Part shown: positions 49,642 through 59,323 of the stretch, in pieces
Position numbering within the stretch: the stretch's first letter is position 1
Layout of the letters: every line of letters begins with the position of its first letter
Source of the DNA: a bacterium
GTDB lineage: Bacteria; Zhuqueibacterota; Zhuqueibacteria; Residuimicrobiales; Krinioviventaceae
Direction: 5' to 3'
Assembly (NCBI GenBank): GCA_963693055.1
Contig: OY843751.1
Coordinates: 2,336,001 to 2,400,000, forward strand
DNA length: 64,000 nucleotides
Position numbers and translations under genes: made by a program
The notes under the pieces: generated by a model
What the model was told of the DNA's origin: nothing
Database searches by the model: none
Seen by the model: the letters and a program-made list of their open reading frames with translations, nothing else

Positions 49642-50589
49642 ATGAAAACAAAAAATATCTTGAAATTAGTTGTTTTTGCAATTTGGGTTGGAATTGTGGG
49701 TTTAAATGTGCATTTTTTAAATGCAAAGGAAGATAGCATGAAATATAACAAACTAACGCCTGATGAAGAGCGTGTCATTATCCAAAAGGGAACGGAAAGA
49801 CCCTATACCGGTCAGTATTACAAGTTTGATGAAAATGGTACCTATACCTGTAAACGTTGTGATGCGCCTTTGTATAAATCGTCAGACAAGTTTGATGCCC
49901 ATTGCGGATGGCCCAGTTTTGATGATGAAATTAAGGGAGCCGTAAAGCGCCAGACTGATGCTGACGGGCATAGAACTGAAATCTTGTGTGCCAACTGTGG
50001 TGCGCATTTGGGCCATGTTTTTACCGGTGAGCAGTTTACCATAAAAAATACACGTCATTGTGTAAATTCTATATCTTTAAATTTTGTACCCGCAGGAGAA
50101 ATGATGCAAACACAAAATGCCTATTTTGCAGGTGGATGTTTTTGGGGAACGGAATACTATTTTCAACAGGCCAAAGGAGTGAAAAGCACTACTGTTGGCT
50201 ATATGGGTGGCGACAAAGATGATCCTACTTATAAAGAGGTGTGTAATGGTACTACCGGTCACGCTGAAGTTGTAAAGGTAGAGTTTGATCCCAAGCAAAC
50301 GGATTTTGAAACACTGGCAAAATTGTTTTTCGAGATCCATGATCCTACTCAGGTTGATCGTCAAGGCCCCGATATTGGTGAACAGTACCGCTCTGTAATT
50401 TTCTTTACCAATGATGATCAGAAAATGACATCGGAAAAGTTGATAGATATTTTAAAGGACAAAGGATACAAGGTTGCAACAGAGCTGGTTAAAGCTGATG
50501 ATTTTTGGGATGCTGAAGACTATCATCAGAATTATTACCAGCACAATGGTAAAGAACCTTATTGTCATTTTTATACCAAGCGGTTTTAA
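49642..50589 (+). CDS. msrAB: Bifunctional methionine sulfoxide reductase (MsrB-MsrA fusion) with N-terminal signal or anchor
   Basis: MsrB 'GTERP', 'CGWPSF', 'HLGHVF', 'RHCVNS', followed by MsrA 'GGCFWG', 'GHAE', 'HQNY'. Confidence 0.93.
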   Translation: MKTKNILKLVVFAIWVGIVGLNVHFLNAKEDSMKYNKLTPDEERVIIQKGTERPYTGQYYKFDENGTYTCKRCDAPLYKSSDKFDAHCGWPSFDDEIKGAVKRQTDADGHRTEILCANCGAHLGHVFTGEQFTIKNTRHCVNSISLNFVPAGEMMQTQNAYFAGGCFWGTEYYFQQAKGVKSTTVGYMGGDKDDPTYKEVCNGTTGHAEVVKVEFDPKQTDFETLAKLFFEIHDPTQVDRQGPDIGEQYRSVIFFTNDDQKMTSEKLIDILKDKGYKVATELVKADDFWDAEDYHQNYYQHNGKEPYCHFYTKRF

Positions 50590-50623
50590 AAAAAAAGCGG
50601 GATTCACTCTCGCTTTTTTTTTT
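50587..50623. terminator. Bidirectional terminator
   Basis: A-tract, GCGGGA...TCTCGC, T-tract. Confidence 0.75.
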
Positions 50624-50716
50624 GCTACTACTATATCTCGTAATCTATAAAATTTATGATCATGTTTAAGAGGCACCGGGATGATTAGGGCATCCCGGTG
50701 TTTGATGGAGGGGTAT

Positions 50717-51760
50717 TTATTTCAAGAGAGACAGTTTGTTTACAATCTTTTGACTACCAGTATTGATTTCATAAAAGTACATTCCGCTTGACATATATTG
50801 ACCGTAACGATTGGTTCCATTCCAATTCTGACTGTGAATGCCTTCTGCAAGGTATCCCATATCATAGTCCATCACCAATTGTCCGCGAATGTTATATATT
50901 TTCAATGTTACGTTTGCCGGTTCAGCAAGAGAAAACTGAATTGTTGTTCCCGGATTTGCAGGATTTGGATAATTTGAAGCCTTGATTGCAGAATTGGCGG
51001 TTTCAATGCTACCCTGCTGATTTGCCGGATTTGTACAGCCAATATTTTTTTTACCAAGACCTTTTCCGCGTCCTTGTCCATTACCACCACGTTCAATAGC
51101 AGATTCAATAATTTCTGTAAATTCTTCTACCGAAATATATTGTGGTTCATATGTCAAACCCTGTGCTGTATAAAAGTTGTTAAACGCTCGCATATGATTT
51201 CTTGAACCTTTTAAAAGGTTAGTATAAACCAGGGTAATATCCTGATTGTCTGTACGTTCAAGTGTTTCATGCAGATCATTGATATCCAGATCTTCAATGG
51301 TTAAACCAACATACAATGCTTCTATCAGAGACTTGCTGCCTGATTCTACCAGGCTGTTATAGATTGCCTGCAAATCTGCATTACTGAATTTTCCTGCTTC
51401 TTCTAAATAAGGATCTTCAAGTTCATATTTATCGATCAAAAGTTTAACCATATCTGTGTGCTGCTGTTCACTTTTCGCGATATTGGTGAAAACTGCGGAT
51501 TGCCATTTTTCATATAATACCAGATAAACGTCTCGTGCGAGTTTTTCTTCTTCACGCATATGTAACAGATCATTTATTTCGTCTTCTGACAAATCTTCGA
51601 ACGGCAAGTCTGCTAAAATAGTAGAAGCGTTTATACCCCCGGTATTCCCTTTGTTACCGCAGTTACCAAAATTTCCTCTACCCTGAGCAAAAAGTGATTG
51701 GCTTGTAGCGAATGCAACAAGCAACAATGCTGCAATTAATAATGTTTTAGAGTTTTTCAT
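50717..51760 (-). CDS. DUF2202 (ferritin-like) protein with signal peptide and T9SS/FlgD C-terminal domain
   Basis: 'MREEEKLARDVY', 'SEQQH', 'IEDLDI', 'GSRNHMRAF'; C-terminal 'NYPNP.NP.T'. Confidence 0.85.
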   Translation of the reverse strand: MKNSKTLLIAALLLVAFATSQSLFAQGRGNFGNCGNKGNTGGINASTILADLPFEDLSEDEINDLLHMREEEKLARDVYLVLYEKWQSAVFTNIAKSEQQHTDMVKLLIDKYELEDPYLEEAGKFSNADLQAIYNSLVESGSKSLIEALYVGLTIEDLDINDLHETLERTDNQDITLVYTNLLKGSRNHMRAFNNFYTAQGLTYEPQYISVEEFTEIIESAIERGGNGQGRGKGLGKKNIGCTNPANQQGSIETANSAIKASNYPNPANPGTTIQFSLAEPANVTLKIYNIRGQLVMDYDMGYLAEGIHSQNWNGTNRYGQYMSSGMYFYEINTGSQKIVNKLSLLK

Positions 51761-51797
51761 GATGATTCTCCTTTTTGTTAGATTTTACCCCTGCTCA

Positions 51798-51813
51798 TGC
51801 AAGGGGTGTGCCA
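51798..51813 (-). promoter_or_regulatory. sigma54 -24/-12 promoter
   Basis: Minus strand TGGCACACCCCTTGCA, a perfect TGGCAC-N5-TTGCA, about 38 bp upstream of the start codon. Confidence 0.85.
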
Positions 51814-52004
51814 TTATATCGATTTGATCTTAATGCATTGTTTTTGTGTGACTTATGGCAAGTGTCTTGGTTTGTCAGAACGAAAGATTTCGACGACTCG
51901 GGCGAAAAATATCGACAATTTGGTCGAAATGTCGAACAAGAGCATTTTGTCTAAATTGATTTAAGTATCTAATAAATAGTTATTTATCTCATTGAATAAG
52001 GTTT

Positions 52005-52020
52005 TGGCATAACAATTGAA
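52005..52020 (+). promoter_or_regulatory. Putative sigma54 promoter (variant -12)
   Basis: TGGCATAACAATTGAA upstream of the 52082 operon. Confidence 0.5.
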
Positions 52021-52081
52021 TAAGCAAAAGAAATTTCTATCAAGAGAGAATTAAAATTATAAAAATTTTTTAGGAGGGCCA

Positions 52082-52465
52082 ATGAAGGCAAAGTTAATAT
52101 TGTCTGCAATATTTGTTTCAATAGCTCTTAATTTTACAATCGCGTCTGCTTGTGAAATTGAGGTTACCGTTAAAGGAGAAAATGCAGCTATATATAATCC
52201 CGGGCAAGTAGTGGTTTTGCAAGTCAAAGTATTTCTAACTCATAAAGATTGTCCTGAAGGAATCAAGTCAACGAAAATGAATCCAACCGGTATGACCTTG
52301 CTAGGTGCAACCAAATGGAAGCAAATATCTGAATTGGAATTTATTCGATTGGTGCAGGCAAAAATTGATTCTTCTGTCACAGAAGCAATTCTAAATGTTG
52401 GCCGCTCTTGTGATAAAGAGGGTGGTATAGGTAAAATACTATTAAAAGTTGGTCAGGGCTCATAA
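52082..52465 (+). CDS. Small secreted Cys-containing hypothetical protein
   Basis: Signal peptide; 'ACEI', 'THKDC' and 'RSCDKEGG'; RBS GGAGG. Confidence 0.7.
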   Translation: MKAKLILSAIFVSIALNFTIASACEIEVTVKGENAAIYNPGQVVVLQVKVFLTHKDCPEGIKSTKMNPTGMTLLGATKWKQISELEFIRLVQAKIDSSVTEAILNVGRSCDKEGGIGKILLKVGQGS

Positions 52466-53490
52466 TGAGGAACATCTTAATTATTGTTTTATTGTTTATG
52501 AGTGGAATCTCTTTTGCTCAGGATACAGATTCTGCGGAATTATCATTTGAAGATTTTGGTGCTGAATTTGAATCCATTTCAGATACTGAATTGGGGGATA
52601 TATCTACTTCAACCCACTCTTGTTCTACCATTGCAGGTATGCCAAAAGGATTGTACTATTCTCTTATTGCACTATCAATGACTTTAATTGCTGGTATTTT
52701 TGTCAAATTCAAAGCCCTGCGCAAATTCCGTTATCTTTTTCTATTGTTGTCATTGGTTGTTTTTGGATTTTGGAACGGTGGCTGTCCCTGCTCTATTTCA
52801 AGTTTTCAGAATGTATTTTTAACGATTTTTGGTGCAACCGTTAACTGGCACAGTCTTGTATGGTTTTTAGGATTAATTCCCATTACCTATATTTTTGGCA
52901 AAGTCTGGTGTGGTTGGGTTTGTCATTTGGGTGCCTTTCAGGAATTTTTGTACAGAATTACAGATGTGAAAATTGTAAAATCTAAAGGTTTCCAAAAATT
53001 TCTAAAAATTTTACAATATAGCGTTTTCGTAATTCTTGTGATTCAGTTGTTTGTAACCAAAACCAATATTTTTATCCATTATGATCCATTCAAAGTTGCT
53101 TTCAATATGATTTCTTTTCATACATCTGGCTGGATTTTGCTTGGCGTATTACTTGTGAGTTCATTATTTATTTACCGACCTTTTTGTAAAGGGTTTTGTC
53201 CTGTTGGTTTGGCATTAGGTTGGGTTGGCAAGATACCCGGTGCACATAAACTCCAGATTTCCGGCAGCTGTTCAAGCTGCAAATCCTGCATCCGTCATTG
53301 TAATATGCAGGCAATCACGGATGACTTTAAAGCCGACAGTCATAGCTGTATTTTATGCGGTGATTGTCTGGACTATTGTAAAAAAGAATCTATTAAAGTT
53401 ACGTATAAAGGATTACAGAATGAAAAAAATATTGATCTTGTTGTTCCTGATTTCAAGCTTGAAACCATTGATAGCGAGAGACTGTCATAG
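52465..53490 (+). CDS. NapH/MauN-like membrane 4Fe-4S binding protein
   Basis: TM helices; 'CPC', 'WCGWVCHLG', 'RPFC..FCPVG' and two CxxCxxCxxxC motifs. Confidence 0.85.
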   Translation: MRNILIIVLLFMSGISFAQDTDSAELSFEDFGAEFESISDTELGDISTSTHSCSTIAGMPKGLYYSLIALSMTLIAGIFVKFKALRKFRYLFLLLSLVVFGFWNGGCPCSISSFQNVFLTIFGATVNWHSLVWFLGLIPITYIFGKVWCGWVCHLGAFQEFLYRITDVKIVKSKGFQKFLKILQYSVFVILVIQLFVTKTNIFIHYDPFKVAFNMISFHTSGWILLGVLLVSSLFIYRPFCKGFCPVGLALGWVGKIPGAHKLQISGSCSSCKSCIRHCNMQAITDDFKADSHSCILCGDCLDYCKKESIKVTYKGLQNEKNIDLVVPDFKLETIDSERLS

Positions 53491-54721
53491 CGATATTGGG
53501 ATTCATTTAAAACCCATCATACCCAATTTACAATGGGCTGTTGAAACCTCCGCTGCAATTGGTCAGATGTCTGGTAGCGGTATTGATAGAAGACTAAATA
53601 CTGAATCTTTATTTTGGGCTTTGGATTTTACACCTGAAAAATTTGAGATCTATCTTGAAGGTGGACTCAAGTACTGGCAAAAGTCTGATGATGGCCCCGG
53701 TTTGGGTGCAATAGTGAGTGGCTGGGAAAGTTTACCCAAGCCTGAACAACGTAATTTTGGTATGCGCGAAGCCTATTTCAGATTCAATTTATTGAATACC
53801 AAGGTAACCATGGGTTTGCAGTCAATGACTTTGGGAACAACCATGCTGCTTGATGAGCGTGTGTTAGGTGTTGCAAATAGTTATGAAAAAGGACATTACA
53901 AACTCGAATTAAAAGGTGGTACTGTTTCTACTGACTTTGCACGCATGAATGATTTTTGCGGAACGCGTCATGTTTACAGGTTGTTACGAGGTGGACGGTT
54001 TGATATGGTAGCTACAGAACCTGGTAAAACCAATTTTTATGCTGCATCGATAACTTGGAATGCCGAAGAGCCTGTAGAAGTCGTTTCAGGCGATGAGAGT
54101 GAATTTGAAATGGAATCTTTTTCGGATTTATCATTTGAATCTTTCGACGAAGAAGAGAAGCAAATCGTTAAAAATGCCGGTCTGTTATTTTATCAGGAAT
54201 TTGGCTCAGGTTTTTTTGACTACAAGTATTATGGCGGTGCTTTTTCTGATGTCCTTTTGCCATTTGATGTTGATATGCATTTGGAAATGATATATCAATA
54301 TATCTGGCATGAACAGACTGCTGCCTTTAAAGGACAATTTAGCAAAAATTTCAGTATTTTTCCTGCATATCCCTTTTCTACAAGCCTCTCATATTATGGA
54401 GTTTATGAGGTAAGTCAGGATGCCCGGTTTTTTCCGGCATTCAGCAACCTTTATCTGGGTGAAGTCAGCCGGTTGGATGCATTGCATATGCCCTTATTGG
54501 TTGTTGATGTTAAGCAATACTTGCCTGGCAAGCTGGAGCCAACACTCCGTTTGCAGTATGTAAACCAGATCAAATTTGATCACAACACCGAGTTGGATTT
54601 TCAATTATCAGCCAAATTGTTTAAAGGATTCAGAACAATTATCACATTGAGTAAAATTGATTCAGATTTACTTTCAGAATCAGTAATGCTCAATAAACTT
54701 GAATGTCGTTGGTCATTCTAA
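53420..54721 (+). CDS. Probable outer-membrane beta-barrel protein
   Basis: Signal peptide MKKILILLF, amphipathic strands, C-terminal 'LECRWSF'. Confidence 0.6.
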   Translation: MKKILILLFLISSLKPLIARDCHSDIGIHLKPIIPNLQWAVETSAAIGQMSGSGIDRRLNTESLFWALDFTPEKFEIYLEGGLKYWQKSDDGPGLGAIVSGWESLPKPEQRNFGMREAYFRFNLLNTKVTMGLQSMTLGTTMLLDERVLGVANSYEKGHYKLELKGGTVSTDFARMNDFCGTRHVYRLLRGGRFDMVATEPGKTNFYAASITWNAEEPVEVVSGDESEFEMESFSDLSFESFDEEEKQIVKNAGLLFYQEFGSGFFDYKYYGGAFSDVLLPFDVDMHLEMIYQYIWHEQTAAFKGQFSKNFSIFPAYPFSTSLSYYGVYEVSQDARFFPAFSNLYLGEVSRLDALHMPLLVVDVKQYLPGKLEPTLRLQYVNQIKFDHNTELDFQLSAKLFKGFRTIITLSKIDSDLLSESVMLNKLECRWSF

Positions 54722-54734
54722 TCAGGAGAACAGA

Positions 54735-55556
54735 ATGAATTCGGATAGAAGAATTTTTATTAAAAATTTAGGTGTGCTTGCTGCATCATCAGCAGTAGGT
54801 ATACTTGCAGCATGTACCAAACATGGTGTGAATCCTTTAGAATATGTTGATATCTGTCAAAACACCTGTACCGGCTGTGGTGATTGTGTTGAATCCTGTC
54901 AGGATAATGCAATTCTGCTCGAACAAAAATCAACATATATCATTGATAAAGATGATTGTACTGAATGTGGACAGTGTGTTCCTCACTGCAAGCTTGAAGC
55001 TATCCATATCTCTTCAAGTCAATATATCCTGGATTCTAAAGAATGTATTGGATGTGGTTTGTGTATTGATGTGTGTGATCAGGAAGCAGAGGCAATTGTT
55101 TGGGAGAGAGAAGAGTACCTGGTACGCGGAAAATGCCGCAACACCCATTGTAATTTTGAATGTGCTGCAGCTTGTCCTGAAAATGCAATAACCATTGTCA
55201 ATAATACAGCCGTTATAGATATGGAAAAATGCACACGTTGTGGATTGTGTATCGCTCCATGTCCAGCAGATGCAATTAATCCTGCTCATGTTGAAATGGT
55301 TGTTGATCAATGTACCCGATGTGGAAAATGTTTTGATGTATGTGAATTTGATGCAATTAGCAAAGTTGAACCGGAAGGATATTTTGATCCTCATATAGAT
55401 GATGAGGTTTGTAATGCATGCTCGGAATGTAAAGATTCCTGCCCCGAAAATGCTATTTATGGTAAATTGTACAAGGCACAAATTGATAGCGAAAATTGTA
55501 CAGCATGTGGTGAATGCTTTGAAAAATGTACGTATGATGCCATACGGCATGTATAA
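54735..55556 (+). CDS. Tat-lipoprotein polyferredoxin (about 8 [4Fe-4S] motifs)
   Basis: 'MNSDRRIFIK...GILAAC'; seven CxxCxxCxxxC motifs plus one variant; RBS AGGAG. Confidence 0.85.
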   Translation: MNSDRRIFIKNLGVLAASSAVGILAACTKHGVNPLEYVDICQNTCTGCGDCVESCQDNAILLEQKSTYIIDKDDCTECGQCVPHCKLEAIHISSSQYILDSKECIGCGLCIDVCDQEAEAIVWEREEYLVRGKCRNTHCNFECAAACPENAITIVNNTAVIDMEKCTRCGLCIAPCPADAINPAHVEMVVDQCTRCGKCFDVCEFDAISKVEPEGYFDPHIDDEVCNACSECKDSCPENAIYGKLYKAQIDSENCTACGECFEKCTYDAIRHV

Positions 55557-55557
55557 A

Positions 55558-56496
55558 TTATATATCTCTCACACAGCGGAATCCCATATTGCCTGACGAG
55601 CTGTCGGGAGAATTTGAACTTCGTGCAGCAACACGATACCGATTACAATAAGATTTATGACATAGATATGAACCACCCCGCATAACCCTGTTGGTACCAT
55701 CCGATGGGCCAACAGGATTTACTCTAGTATTATTGATATGAAAAGTAGGGTGGAACCAATCCGCGCACCATTCCCATACATTCCCGCAAACATTATATAA
55801 TCCAAAATCATTCGGAATAAATGATTTTGCCGGAGCTGTACCTATAAATCCATCATCGACTGTGTTTTGAGTAGGAAATGTACCTTGCCATACATTGCAC
55901 ATGTGCTTACCTTCAGGTTCGAGCTCATTGCCCCAGGGAAAGATGGTTTGTTCTCTGCCTCCTCGTGCGGCAAATTCCCATTCGGCTTCTGTGGGTAAGC
56001 GTTTACCGGCCCATTGGCAATAGGCATTTGCATCATTCCATGATACATGTATTACCGGATGGTCCATTTTGTTACTGATAGTTGAAAGCGGACCTTCAGG
56101 TCTTCTCCAGTTGGCCCCTTTAACAGCAAACCACCAGGGTGTTTGTGCTGCCTGTTGGCTGTTTTTTGTAATAGCGGGAGGTAGAAACATGTGGAAAACA
56201 TAGGTCCAGCCAAATGATTCAGCTTCGGTTTTGTATCCTGTTTCTTTAACAAATTCAGCAAATTGTTGATTGGTTACTGTTGTTATATCAATCATAAATG
56301 GAGATACCGTAACCTTGCGAACCGGTCCTTCACCATCTGCGGGAAAACCTTTTTTATCATCTGTACCCATAAGAAATGTGCCGCCCGGCAGCTCTATCAT
56401 TTCATTGGATTCTGGAATATGTGTTGAAACACCAATGTTAATTATTTCCCTGGTTGATTTACTATTCCTGGGCGGGCCGCAACATTGCTTACTCAT
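55558..56496 (-). CDS. Formylglycine-generating enzyme (sulfatase-modifying factor 1)
   Basis: 'RLPTEAEWE', 'GNVWEW' and 'RGGSYLCHKSYCNRYRVAAR' with both catalytic Cys. Confidence 0.92.
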   Translation of the reverse strand: MSKQCCGPPRNSKSTREIINIGVSTHIPESNEMIELPGGTFLMGTDDKKGFPADGEGPVRKVTVSPFMIDITTVTNQQFAEFVKETGYKTEAESFGWTYVFHMFLPPAITKNSQQAAQTPWWFAVKGANWRRPEGPLSTISNKMDHPVIHVSWNDANAYCQWAGKRLPTEAEWEFAARGGREQTIFPWGNELEPEGKHMCNVWQGTFPTQNTVDDGFIGTAPAKSFIPNDFGLYNVCGNVWEWCADWFHPTFHINNTRVNPVGPSDGTNRVMRGGSYLCHKSYCNRYRVAARSSNSPDSSSGNMGFRCVRDI

Positions 56497-56726
56497 TGTA
56501 ACCTCTTTATTTTATTAACTTATAGAGTGTAAGGATGTTTAAAACGTTTAATGATATCCATATATTCCTGTCATTTTTGTTAATAAGATAATTGTTGTTG
56601 GTAATGACATACAATGTTTTACAATTATTGTCCATAATAGAGTGTTAATCACAGAACTTGCATGTGGTTAATACGTTATGGTTAAGAACGGAACGGAACA
56701 CGTGTAAACAACTGAGAGGAAAGCTC

Positions 56727-59165
56727 ATGAATAGACGGTTAATATACTTTATATTATTGTTATCCATATCAATCGTTTTTGCTCAACCAGGTCAAAGGTC
56801 TGGATCTGCGCGGGGTACAATAATCAAAGGGCTGGTTCAGGATAACCAGTTAAAGACACCCATTGAATATGCCAATATTATTCTTTATAAACAAAAAGAT
56901 ACCGACCAGGTTACCGGTACGGTTTCAAATAAAGAAGGTCTGTTCACATTGACTGGTGTACAACCTGGGCTTTACAAAATAAAAATCAAGTTTATGGGAT
57001 ATTATGAAAATACAGTGGATAGTGTCCGTGTTAGTGCAAACCAACCTGCAATTGATGTAGGCAAGGTGGGTTTGAATCAAACAGTGTTGATGCTTGAAGG
57101 TGTTCAGGTTGAAGCGGAAAAGGCACCGGTTGAATACAAGATTGATAGAAAAGTGATTAATGTTGATCATCAAATAACTGCTAGTGCCGGCTCTGCAGTA
57201 GATGTGCTTGAAAATGTTCCATCTATTACGGTTGATATTGAGGGTAATGTACAATTAAGAGGTAGCGGAAGTTTTACCGTATTGATTGATAATCGGCCTA
57301 CTGTTATGGACGCAAGCGATCTTTTGCAACAGATACCTGCCAGTACAATTGAGAATATCGAAATTATTACCAATCCTTCTGCCAAATATGAACCCGATGG
57401 TATGACCGGTATAGTTAATATTATTACCAAAAAGAATTCTTTACGTGGATTTAATGGTATTGTTAATTTGAATTCAGGTGTTGATGACAAGTACGGCGGT
57501 GATTTTTTGTTTAATTATCGTATGAATAATGTTAATACCTATTTTGGTATGAACTATAACCACAGATACTTTCCTGGAGATCGTATTGGAGAAAACTGGA
57601 CCGCTCAAAATGATACCATACATTACTTAAATACCAATGGTAGTAATTCAATGGATTTTACTTCTTATGGTGTTCAGGCAGGTGTTGATATTGCTCTGTC
57701 AAAACAGGATAATTTCAAAGTTGGCTTGAATTATCGTGGAAGAGGGATGGAGCATGCGAATAAATCAAATTATGAAGAATGGATTAGCACACTGACAGAC
57801 CGTGATTATTATTCAAGCACGGGTAGTTCTGAAAGAAGTGGCCCTTCTTATAATATGAATTTGGATTATCTTCACCGATTTGAAACCAAAGGACACGAGT
57901 TATCAGCTTTGTTGAATTTATCTTCAAGAAGTGGTGATGAAGAATCGCTTAATGAAAATTATAATGCTAACGGAGCAATTACAAATGGACAACGATCTGT
58001 TGAAAAAGGTCCATCCATGCGTGCTGATTTGAAATTAGATTATACCCGTCCACTAGGTGAAAACAACAAGCTTGAAGCAGGTTACCAGGGTCGATTTAGC
58101 CGCTCTAAAGATGAAAATGAACTCTATGAATATGATTTAGGTATTAGTGATTATGTGTTTCTACCACAATATAGTTATCTAACAAATTATAATCGCGATA
58201 TTCATGCAGTGTATTCCATGTATGCGGGTGAAACCGGTCCTATTGGTTACCAGGCAGGACTTCGTGGTGAATACACGAATCGAAATATTACACTGGATGC
58301 TGAAAATCAGGAATTTGCAATTGACAGATGGGACCTTTTCCCAACAGCTCATTTGTCTTTCAAGGGCGAATCCGGGCATCAAATGATGGCCAGTTATACC
58401 CGCCGCATTGACAGACCACGCGGCTATTATTTTGAACCATTCCTAACCTGGATGGATGCGTATAATGTGCGTACGGGTAATCCTGCAATCAAGCCTGAAT
58501 ATATTGATTCTTATGAAATGGGTTACCAGAAACAAGTTGGACAAAATCTATTTTCTGTAGAAACTTATTACCGCATTACTCATGACCGTGTTGAACGTGT
58601 GCAATCTGTATATGATGAAAATGTTCTGTTGCATTCAGTTGCGAATGTTGGTCAGGATTATGCATTGGGTGCCGAGTTTATGATCAACTGGGACCTGTTG
58701 TCAAACTGGAATATGAACCTGATGGGCAATATGTATGATTATCGTATAGAAGGTGAATTGTTGGGGGCAGATTTTTCACGTAGCAGCTTTAACTGGAATA
58801 CGCGTATGAATAATACATTCAAGTTAACCCAAAATTCCAGAGTACAATTTAATCTAAGATATAACAGTCCATCCGTATCTGCTCAAGGCAGACGTGAAGG
58901 CTTTTTCTCTTCAAGTATTGCCTATAGACATGATTTTCTTGACAAGCGTATTTCCATGACATTACAGGCTCGTGATGTTTTTGGAACAGAGGTACATGAA
59001 AGAATTTCAGAAGGTGATGGATTTTATTCTTATTCAAAATTTGACCGTAATACGCCTATAATCACCATGACAATGAGCTATAAAATAAACAATTTCAAAG
59101 CAAACCGTGGAAAAGGCAATGATGGTGGTGGTGGTGATGATTTTGGTGGTGAAGGTGAATATTAA
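56727..59165 (+). CDS. TonB-dependent receptor / outer-membrane beta-barrel
   Basis: Signal peptide, carboxypeptidase-regulatory-like N-domain, plug 'IEIITNPSAKY...GIVNI', 'GNP..KPE'. Confidence 0.88.
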   Translation: MNRRLIYFILLLSISIVFAQPGQRSGSARGTIIKGLVQDNQLKTPIEYANIILYKQKDTDQVTGTVSNKEGLFTLTGVQPGLYKIKIKFMGYYENTVDSVRVSANQPAIDVGKVGLNQTVLMLEGVQVEAEKAPVEYKIDRKVINVDHQITASAGSAVDVLENVPSITVDIEGNVQLRGSGSFTVLIDNRPTVMDASDLLQQIPASTIENIEIITNPSAKYEPDGMTGIVNIITKKNSLRGFNGIVNLNSGVDDKYGGDFLFNYRMNNVNTYFGMNYNHRYFPGDRIGENWTAQNDTIHYLNTNGSNSMDFTSYGVQAGVDIALSKQDNFKVGLNYRGRGMEHANKSNYEEWISTLTDRDYYSSTGSSERSGPSYNMNLDYLHRFETKGHELSALLNLSSRSGDEESLNENYNANGAITNGQRSVEKGPSMRADLKLDYTRPLGENNKLEAGYQGRFSRSKDENELYEYDLGISDYVFLPQYSYLTNYNRDIHAVYSMYAGETGPIGYQAGLRGEYTNRNITLDAENQEFAIDRWDLFPTAHLSFKGESGHQMMASYTRRIDRPRGYYFEPFLTWMDAYNVRTGNPAIKPEYIDSYEMGYQKQVGQNLFSVETYYRITHDRVERVQSVYDENVLLHSVANVGQDYALGAEFMINWDLLSNWNMNLMGNMYDYRIEGELLGADFSRSSFNWNTRMNNTFKLTQNSRVQFNLRYNSPSVSAQGRREGFFSSSIAYRHDFLDKRISMTLQARDVFGTEVHERISEGDGFYSYSKFDRNTPIITMTMSYKINNFKANRGKGNDGGGGDDFGGEGEY

Positions 59166-59182
59166 TAAATAATTGTTTATAT

Positions 59183-59211
59183 GGCCCGGCAAATTTACCG
59201 GGCTTTTTTTT
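59183..59211 (+). terminator. Rho-independent terminator
   Basis: GCCCGG...CCGGGC plus T-tract. Confidence 0.8.
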
Positions 59212-59323
59212 ACTGTAAAACCCTGCAAATTAATAATTCCTGACATATTCCCATTGTAAATTTTGTTTATTATTAGTAAATGAAACAAATTGTTTCTATG
59301 TTGTTCGTTTATTTGGAGATGTT

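Noticed and set aside
53225-53419. Long N-terminal extensions in the ORF track (also 35102, 24446, 56658, 60747)
   Set aside because: Downstream ATGs give proper signal peptides, RBSs or domain starts; the extensions overlap neighbouring genes or promoters.
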